Part shown: piece after piece, positions 42,667 through 48,958 of the stretch | Numbering within the stretch: the stretch's first letter is position 1 | Layout: the number at the start of each line of letters is the position of its first letter | Assembly: GCA_046049215.1 (NCBI GenBank) | Contig: JBJOER010000259.1 | Location: 1-48,958, forward strand | Length of the DNA: 48,958 bases | Source: Bacteroidota bacterium | GTDB lineage: Bacteria > Bacteroidota > Bacteroidia > AKYH767-A > OLB10 | Reading direction: 5' to 3' | The notes under the pieces: model-generated | The model's input: the letters and a program-made list of their open reading frames with translations, nothing else | Databases searched by the model: none | What the model was told of the DNA's origin: nothing | Made by a program: the position numbers and the translations under genes

Positions 42667-45600
42667 GGGGATATTTGTTAACTGTTAAAACAATGTTCAG
42701 GTTTTCGTCAAGCTCAACTGCAATACATTCAGCACCTTCAAGTGCATCTGAGAATTCGAGCTCGGTTGCTAAAATTTCGCCGCGAATATAGTCGAAATTC
42801 CGCTTTACGGTGTTTTGGAGAATGTCAGGTCCTTTGATCCGTACTGCAATCCGGTCGGTCACTTCAAGTCCCTTGTCCTTGCGGATGTTCTGAATCCGGT
42901 TAACCAGCTCCCTTGCAATACCTTTCTCTCGGAGGTCCTCGGTGATGGTGGTATCCAGTGCTACAGTAAGGGCGCCTTGTGAAGCTACCTGCCAGCCCGG
43001 AATATCTTCGTTCAGAATCTCCACATCCTCCAGCATCAGATCGAAAATCGCTTCTCCAAACCGCAAAGGCAGAATTCCGTTTTGCTCGAGGTAAGACACC
43101 TCCTCAGGCTTGATTTCGGCAATTCGGGCAGAAAGCTGTTTCATGAGCCCCCCGGCCTTGGGTCCCAGGGCCTTGAAATTGGGTTTCACCTTTTTTACCA
43201 GCATATTGCCGGCATCGTCAAGAAAATCGATTTCCTCCACGTTGACTTCAGACAGGATCAATGGAGCGACAGCTTCCACAGTCTGACGAAAATGGGGACG
43301 AGAAACCGGTAAGAGTATTTTACGCAAGGGTTGACGAACGCGGATGTTGACCTTCTTTCGAAGGCTTAAAGTCATCGAACTGATGTCCTGCGCCAGCTGC
43401 ATCCTCTCCTCCAGCTCCTTATCGATCAGGCTGCTGTCAGTAACCGGAAAGGTGGCGAGGTGCACCGATTCGTTGGAATCTTTATGGGTGACCCCGTTAA
43501 GGTCCATGTACAACCTGTCGGCGAAGAAAGGTGAAACTGGTGCGATCAATCGGGCGATGGTATCGAGGCAGGTATAAAGAGTCTGATAGGCTGCCTTTTT
43601 ATCGTCGGTGTATTCGCCTTTCCAGAAACGGCGTCGACTTAAACGCACATACCAGTTGCTGAGGTGTTCGTTGACAAAATCCTGAATAAGCCTCGCGGCC
43701 CTGGTAGGCTCGTATTCGGCATAGCAGGCATCCACTTCGCGAATGAGTGAGTTGAGCAGAGATAGTATCCACCGATCGAGTTCGGTACGTTGCGCTACCG
43801 GGATATCGGAATCTTCGTAGCGGAAGCCATCGATGTTGGCATACAACGCAAAGAACCCATAGGTATTATAAAGCGTACCGAAGAATTTTCGTTGCACTTC
43901 CGCGATACCCTCCACGTTGAACTTGAGGTTGTCCCAGGGTTGCGCATTGCTGATCATGTACCAGCGCGTCGCATCGGGACCATACGCTTCGAGGGTGGTG
44001 AAGGGATCAACGGCATTCCCCAGTCGCTTCGACATCTTGTTGCCGTTCTTGTCCAGAACCAGTCCGTTCGAAACCACATTTTTGAAAGCCACCTTGTCGA
44101 AAAGCATGACGGAAATGGCATGCAGCGTAAAGAACCAACCCCGGGTCTGATCGACACCTTCCGCGATGAAATCGGCAGGATGCACGGCGCTGAGGTCTTG
44201 CAAGCCGAAAGGATAGTGCCACTGCGCATAAGGCATCGCTCCGGAATCGAACCACACATCGATCAGATCGGGTTCGCGAAGCATGGGCTTGCCGGTCGAG
44301 GAGACCAGAACGGCATGGTCTACATAGGGACGATGCAGGTCGAAACTGTCTGACTTCGGATTCAGGTGCTGAAGAGCCTCCTGCGGCATCAGACCGGCAT
44401 CTACCGCTTTGCAGATCTCGTGGTAAAGCTCTTCCGAAGATCCGATGCACTTCTCCTCCCCGTCCTCACTGCGCCAGATAGGCAATGGTATACCCCAGTA
44501 TCGGGAACGGCTCAAGTTCCAGTCAACCAGATTTTCGAGCCAGTTTCCGAAACGGCCGGTGCCGGTGCTTTCCGGCTTCCAGTTGATGGTCTTGTTGAGT
44601 TCGATGAGGCGGTCTTTGGAGGCGGTTGTGCGTATAAACCACGAATCGAGCGGATAGTACAACACCGGCTTATCGGTCCTCCAGCAATGTGGGTAGGTGT
44701 GCTCGTATTTCTCGACTTTGAAGGCCTTATTCTCCTGCTTCAGCTTGATGGCAATACGCTCGTCGACATTGAGGTACTTGTCCCTGCCCTGGCGCATGCG
44801 CTCTTCCTCCTTCATCGTCTCGGAGAGGTAATCCTCTTTTACATGCTCGAGTGCGAAGTCGGTGACTTCCGCTACAAAACGTCCTGTACGGTCAACGAGT
44901 GGAGCGGGCTTGCCGTTCTCGTCCTTGACCAGGATCGCAGGAATTTCATGTTGTTTACATACGCGGAAGTCATCGGCGCCGAAAGTAGGTGCAAGGTGGA
45001 CAATACCCGTACCGTCTTCCGTGCTTACGAAATCACCGACAACCACCCGAAAAGCATCACCCTCGGGCTTGACATAAGGCAGCAATTGCTCGTAGCGGAT
45101 GCCGGACAGTTCACCTCCTCCGAATTCGGCGAGAACCTTGAACGGAATGGTCTTGTTGCCAGGCTGGTATTCCTCCAGGCTCAAAGCGGCTTGCTTCTCG
45201 GTGAAATACTTGCCCATGAGGTCCTTTGCCAATACCACGGAAACAGGCTCGAAGGTGTAAGGATTGAACGTCCTTACCAGCACATAGCGGATCGATTCAC
45301 CCACCGCCAGTCCTGAGTTGGAGGGCAGGGTCCAGGGCGTAGTCGTCCAGGCCAGCAGGAAAACCGACATGTTTCCTACTGCAGCAAACAGCTTTTCGCT
45401 CTTTTCGTCGCGGAGCACCATGAACTGAGCAACGACAGAGGTATCCTTTACCAGCTTGTAAGTGCCCGGCTGATTGAGTTCGTGGGAACTCAATCCTGTG
45501 CCTGCCGCAGGAGAAAAAGGCTGTATGGTATATCCCTTGTACAACAGGCCCTTCTTGTATAACGACTGAAGAAGGTACCAGCACGTTTCAATGTAGGAAT

Positions 45601-46060
45601 TATCGAATGTGATGTAAGGATGGTCCAGGTCAACCCAGTAGCCCATCTTGCGGGTCAGGTCGTCCCAAACCGACTTGTATTTCATCACCTCCTTTCGGCA
45701 GGCGCGGTTGTAGTCTTCAATGGAAATCTTGTCACCGATGTCTTCCTTGGTGATACCCAGGGTCTTCTCGACACTGATCTCGATGGGCAACCCGTGCGTA
45801 TCCCAGCCTCCTTTGCGTTCAACCAGGAAGCCTTTCTGGGTCTTGTAACGGCAGAAAATATCCTTGATTGTGCGGGCCATGACGTGATGAATACCCGGCA
45901 ACCCGTTGGCAGAAGGAGGGCCTTCATAAAAAATGAACGGAGGCCTGCCGGATCGCTCTTCCAGCGAACGTTCGAACACACGTCTTTCCTGCCAATGAGC
46001 GAGGACCTGTTCGGCCAGCCCCGGGAGCTGCAATGAATTGTATTCGGGATACCCTGCCAT
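42656..46060 (-). CDS. ileS: isoleucine--tRNA ligase (long, type 2-like)
   Basis: HIGH-region PSANGLPGIHHVMARTIKD, KMSKRLGN, and an editing-domain-size insertion. 1134 aa. Confidence 0.97.
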   Translation of the reverse strand: MAGYPEYNSLQLPGLAEQVLAHWQERRVFERSLEERSGRPPFIFYEGPPSANGLPGIHHVMARTIKDIFCRYKTQKGFLVERKGGWDTHGLPIEISVEKTLGITKEDIGDKISIEDYNRACRKEVMKYKSVWDDLTRKMGYWVDLDHPYITFDNSYIETCWYLLQSLYKKGLLYKGYTIQPFSPAAGTGLSSHELNQPGTYKLVKDTSVVAQFMVLRDEKSEKLFAAVGNMSVFLLAWTTTPWTLPSNSGLAVGESIRYVLVRTFNPYTFEPVSVVLAKDLMGKYFTEKQAALSLEEYQPGNKTIPFKVLAEFGGGELSGIRYEQLLPYVKPEGDAFRVVVGDFVSTEDGTGIVHLAPTFGADDFRVCKQHEIPAILVKDENGKPAPLVDRTGRFVAEVTDFALEHVKEDYLSETMKEEERMRQGRDKYLNVDERIAIKLKQENKAFKVEKYEHTYPHCWRTDKPVLYYPLDSWFIRTTASKDRLIELNKTINWKPESTGTGRFGNWLENLVDWNLSRSRYWGIPLPIWRSEDGEEKCIGSSEELYHEICKAVDAGLMPQEALQHLNPKSDSFDLHRPYVDHAVLVSSTGKPMLREPDLIDVWFDSGAMPYAQWHYPFGLQDLSAVHPADFIAEGVDQTRGWFFTLHAISVMLFDKVAFKNVVSNGLVLDKNGNKMSKRLGNAVDPFTTLEAYGPDATRWYMISNAQPWDNLKFNVEGIAEVQRKFFGTLYNTYGFFALYANIDGFRYEDSDIPVAQRTELDRWILSLLNSLIREVDACYAEYEPTRAARLIQDFVNEHLSNWYVRLSRRRFWKGEYTDDKKAAYQTLYTCLDTIARLIAPVSPFFADRLYMDLNGVTHKDSNESVHLATFPVTDSSLIDKELEERMQLAQDISSMTLSLRKKVNIRVRQPLRKILLPVSRPHFRQTVEAVAPLILSEVNVEEIDFLDDAGNMLVKKVKPNFKALGPKAGGLMKQLSARIAEIKPEEVSYLEQNGILPLRFGEAIFDLMLEDVEILNEDIPGWQVASQGALTVALDTTITEDLREKGIARELVNRIQNIRKDKGLEVTDRIAVRIKGPDILQNTVKRNFDYIRGEILATELEFSDALEGAECIAVELDENLNIVLTVNKYPHGH

Positions 46061-46169
46061 AATAGGGGGGCAAATCTACGCAAATTAGGGGGAAAGCGCT
46101 ACCTCGGGTTCACCCCCCTCATCGATCCGGTCAACCCGGGAATTGTGATCCTCAAGATAACCGTCAGTA

Positions 46170-47036
46170 CTATTTAACTGTGGGAACCGCTGGCCCGGAG
46201 CTGAACAGGATATTCAAAATCACCCCGGCCAAGACGAGCAGGATGCCCGCCAGGTCTTTCCAGTCGGGGGCTTCCCCAAAAAAGAGAAATCCAAGGAATA
46301 GGGCATAAACCACACCCAGGTAATTCAGCACCGAGACCCTCGCGATCCGTTCGCTCTGAAGCGAACGTGTCAGGTTATCCTGGCCCCACTGGGTGAACAA
46401 TCCCATCAGGAAGATGTATGGTAAGTCGGACCAGGAGGGTGTGGTCCACAGCCAGAAGAGGCTGACGGCACCGGCAAGTGCACCGATGAGCTGGAAATGC
46501 AATACCACGACAAGGGGGTGCTCCCATTGTTTGAGAACGCGAACCATATTGTAGGCCAGGGCCGAAAAGACTGCCGAAGCGATACCTATGCCGAGCAGCG
46601 ACCAGGAAACACCATCGGAAAAGCCCTTGATCAAAAGAACACCGACAAATGAAAGCATGAACCAGAACCACTGCAACGGCCTTACCCGCTCCCGCAAAAT
46701 GAAGATGGCGAAGATGGACGTAAACACCGGAGAAAGGTACTGGATGGTCACTGCTGTACCCATGGGCATACGCTGCAGGGTGTAGAAAAATGAAAACAGG
46801 GCGATGGTTCCGAATGCTCCCCGGAGAAACAGCAATTTGCGGTTCACTCCCCACCACTCCACACCCTCATTTCTCAAACTGACCAGTCCGATGACAGATG
46901 CAATTCCGCAGCGGAAGAACACCAGCTCCATGGTTGGCAAATGCGCCAGCTTCTTAACGGCAAGGTTCATCAAAGCGAACCAGAACGTGGCCAGCAACAT
47001 GTGCCTGACCCCCGGTGTAAGGTGGATGACGCTCAT
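46170..47036 (-). CDS. EamA/DMT-family transporter
   Basis: 288 aa with about 10 TM helices in two similar halves, the typical EamA pattern. Confidence 0.8.
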   Translation of the reverse strand: MSVIHLTPGVRHMLLATFWFALMNLAVKKLAHLPTMELVFFRCGIASVIGLVSLRNEGVEWWGVNRKLLFLRGAFGTIALFSFFYTLQRMPMGTAVTIQYLSPVFTSIFAIFILRERVRPLQWFWFMLSFVGVLLIKGFSDGVSWSLLGIGIASAVFSALAYNMVRVLKQWEHPLVVVLHFQLIGALAGAVSLFWLWTTPSWSDLPYIFLMGLFTQWGQDNLTRSLQSERIARVSVLNYLGVVYALFLGFLFFGEAPDWKDLAGILLVLAGVILNILFSSGPAVPTVK

Positions 47037-47054
47037 AAACCGGAAACGGCCGGA

Positions 47055-47627
47055 TCAGTCAACCTCTTTTTTGTCTTTGATATAACGGACCGAGAAGGCA
47101 TTTGCCCGCCTGTAAAACTGGTCGACGACAACCGGTGAACCGGCATTGAACTGCCTCGCATAGGCGGTTTGTTCAGCCCGAACTGTGGATGTCCAATAGA
47201 AGCCCTGCTCACCCTTCTTGCCGAAAAGATCGTTGGAACTGTTCGCGCTACGATAACCCGACAAAGTGAGTTCCATGCCGGAAGTGCCACCTTGAAGCAA
47301 TTCACGGGCTGCCAGTGAATCGCCACCAAAGTGATCGATCAGCAATTGCCATTCCTCGTCCGTGGGCAGATGCCAACCCGCAGGACATGCTGCGAGTGCT
47401 GCGCTGAAGAAATACAATCGACCGTTGGATTGATTGGCAATGGAATCGCGCTCGTACCAAAAACTGTTGGTAACAGGAATGCTCAGGTTGTTCCGCATCC
47501 ACACCTGGTCACCGATGCGAATCGTATCGGTGGGAATGGCCTTCCAGGCATCAAGCGAGGAAGGTCCGGAATGGATGCCTGAAACCAACAGAAGCAAGGG
47601 AAGCAAATTGATCCAGCGTATGCTCAT
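47055..47627 (-). CDS. FISUMP (Fibrobacter succinogenes major paralogous) domain protein, secreted
   Basis: The ATG at 47627 gives MSIRWINLLPLLLLVSG (signal peptide). Motifs IGDQVWMRNNL, CPAGWHLPTDEEWQLL, GFYWTST and FSVRYIKD match the FISUMP domain. Confidence 0.8.
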   Translation of the reverse strand: MSIRWINLLPLLLLVSGIHSGPSSLDAWKAIPTDTIRIGDQVWMRNNLSIPVTNSFWYERDSIANQSNGRLYFFSAALAACPAGWHLPTDEEWQLLIDHFGGDSLAARELLQGGTSGMELTLSGYRSANSSNDLFGKKGEQGFYWTSTVRAEQTAYARQFNAGSPVVVDQFYRRANAFSVRYIKDKKEVD

Positions 47628-47712
47628 GCACTGCAAATGTACCGAGAACACAAGGAATCACCACTGCAGAGGTTCCATCGCCATCAACTTGTTTCATTGC
47701 TTATGTTTGAGG

Positions 47713-48639
47713 ATGCGATTCCGCAATTTGATCGTGCCGGTCTGCATCCTGTTTGCATGCACAGGTTCTGCACAGCCCGTTTTTGATGTGGCCCACCTGA
47801 ACGGAATCGAAATGCCGGTTCAGGGAAGTGGCTCCGGTAACGCCGATTCGCTCAAGCCACAAATCCGCAATGTGCATGCATTCCTTCATTTACCGCTTGA
47901 CCTTTCTCCCCGAACCACCCTCCTCGTTTTGCCCTACTTCGAACAGAAGTCCTTCGCATACCCGAGAATCTCAAGTGAACAACCATCCTACCCTTTCATG
48001 CCTGCCGATTTCTCCTGCTATGCATTCATCCTCACCGGACGCCACACCTTTGCCGATACCAGCTGGAGGCTATTCACCGCGTTTTCAGCAAAGCATTACG
48101 GTGAGCGGGGCCTTTCGCCCGGCAAGGGGAGCATCATACCGGCAGGTGCAGCGTTTTTCGAGCGCAGGTTCAGCCGTGATTTCGCATTGAGAGCGGGTTT
48201 ATCCCTTAGTCGCGAGTATTTCGGAAACCTCTGGCTTCCTTTGGTCGGGTTAAACTGGAAGGCTTCGGACAGGCTCTGGTGCTGGGGATTGCTTCCGCGT
48301 TTTGCCGTGGCTGATTACCGTATCAACAGCTGGTGGCACGTTTGCCTGCATTTCCGTGGCATCAATGAATCCTATCTTTTCGCAGAGCGAGCGGATAGAG
48401 GACAAGGCTGGCTAGCCCTTCGGGAGGGGCAATTGCGGCTGGGCCAGGAATTCTACCTCCCAAAAACGCCCATGGTATTCACAATGGATGTGGGGCACAC
48501 TGTTAACCGGACACTGCGGGCTTATGACCCGTCCTTATCGGAAGAAATGGAAACCAGACCATCGGACGGCCTCTTTTTCCGTCTCTCGCTCGTCTGGCGC
48601 TTACACCTGGACGACCGGTTCAGTAAACAGGAATTATGA
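47713..48639 (+). CDS. hypothetical secreted protein, possibly an outer-membrane beta-barrel
   Basis: The ATG at 47713 gives MRFRNLIVPVCILFACTGSAQ, a canonical signal peptide. The upstream part of ORF 47434-48639 is antisense to the FISUMP gene. Alternating hydrophobic/aromatic strands. No motif recognised. Confidence 0.6.
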   Translation: MRFRNLIVPVCILFACTGSAQPVFDVAHLNGIEMPVQGSGSGNADSLKPQIRNVHAFLHLPLDLSPRTTLLVLPYFEQKSFAYPRISSEQPSYPFMPADFSCYAFILTGRHTFADTSWRLFTAFSAKHYGERGLSPGKGSIIPAGAAFFERRFSRDFALRAGLSLSREYFGNLWLPLVGLNWKASDRLWCWGLLPRFAVADYRINSWWHVCLHFRGINESYLFAERADRGQGWLALREGQLRLGQEFYLPKTPMVFTMDVGHTVNRTLRAYDPSLSEEMETRPSDGLFFRLSLVWRLHLDDRFSKQEL

Positions 48640-48648
48640 GCTGAGGAA

Positions 48649-48958
48649 CTATTGCTCCGCGTCGGCGGCAGCGACTTCTTCATGCACCGCATCCGAGCCC
48701 AGGAACTTGATATCCTTGATGTTCAGCTGAAGTGTTGTACGACCGTTGTAGGTATTCTCTTCCACATGGTACACCACGTCGAAAACCTCCTGCTGCTCCA
48801 CTTTGGGATGGTGATGACCGAGCTGGAAAGCGATACCATCATACATACCGGCATGAATCTCTTCCTGCGTCAGACTCAACTTCAGATGGTTGTTTCCAAC
48901 AACTTTTCCGCGGCCATGGTCGCGCACGCCGCTGGTGCGAAAAATCGGAGCCATATTG
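48649..48958 (-). CDS. recJ: single-stranded-DNA-specific exonuclease RecJ, C-terminal fragment (5' part outside window)
   Basis: APIFRTSGV...VVGNNHLKLSL...GIAFQLGHH...VYHVEENTYNGRTTLQLNIKDI resembles the RecJ C-terminal OB-like domain. The frame stays open to the window edge. Confidence 0.7.
   Translation of the reverse strand, partial: NMAPIFRTSGVRDHGRGKVVGNNHLKLSLTQEEIHAGMYDGIAFQLGHHHPKVEQQEVFDVVYHVEENTYNGRTTLQLNIKDIKFLGSDAVHEEVAAADAEQ

Noticed and set aside
42143-42688. A 181-aa plus-strand ORF with striking GFFAAGFLAAGF repeats.
   Set aside because: It is the antisense reading of the KKPAA repeat tract of the DksA-like gene. The minus-strand reading continues into a recognisable DksA/TraR domain and is translationally coupled to ileS, so the plus-strand ORF is a by-product of the low-complexity repeat.
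46375-46857. A 160-aa same-strand alternative-frame ORF inside the EamA transporter gene.
   Set aside because: It is Arg/His/Pro/Gly-rich with no domain features, and it lies entirely within a gene whose own frame gives a clean 10-TM transporter.
47702-47709. A perfect TAnnTTTG (-7 type) match, TATGTTTG, upstream of the hypothetical gene.
   Set aside because: It ends only 4 nt before the ATG, and that ATG encodes a canonical signal peptide, so it cannot serve as this gene's -7 box. It illustrates that the 6-fixed-base motif occurs by chance, at about one hit per 4 kb per strand. For that reason the other promoter-box calls are given low confidence.

Overview
This is a core-chromosome-like 49-kb segment of a Bacteroidota genome. 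I infer the phylum from two T9SS C-terminal sorting domains, an S46 peptidase, a FISUMP-domain protein, an alternative-complex-III plus aa3 oxidase operon, and kynurenine-pathway genes. GC looks roughly 50-55% by eye. I can support 34 protein-coding genes, two of them truncated by the window edges. I saw no rRNA, tRNA, CRISPR array, transposase, integrase or recognisable defence gene.

Gene blocks, left to right:
- GT2 mannosyltransferase, mannose-1-P guanylyltransferase and an aminotransferase.
- A membrane-anchored HPt-like protein.
- kmo and kynU, split by an orphan secreted propeller-like gene.
- An 11.3-kb minus-strand respiratory operon, actABCDEF-ctaC-ctaD, ending in an intrinsic terminator.
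- A SPOR protein and an SDR.
- A T9SS Cys-rich surface protein.
- A PhrB/CryB-like photolyase-family gene that overlaps a flavin-reductase gene by 8 nt.
- A 1254-aa T9SS protein built from five tandem double-DUF4397-like units.
- A 350-bp G-poor ORF-less spacer.
- An S46 peptidase, a CNT nucleoside transporter, rimP-nusA-infB and a GT9 gene.
- EamA, then ileS, a DksA-like gene and lspA.
- A FISUMP protein, a hypothetical protein and the recJ 3' end.

I did not find a clear-cut new multi-gene system such as a defence island. The most unusual items are:
1. A histone-H1-like KKPAA-repeat domain fused to a Cys-poor DksA/TraR domain, translationally coupled to ileS.
2. A photolyase/cryptochrome-family protein that seems to lack the Fe-S cysteines and is coupled to a flavin reductase.
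3. ActA carrying an extra tethered monohaem cytochrome c domain.
4. A terminator-shaped hairpin 11 nt upstream of the rimP start codon, a possible NusA autoregulatory attenuator.
5. The G-poor palindrome-bearing spacer bracketed by two look-alike terminators.

All functional calls come from motif recognition by eye. No database search was run.
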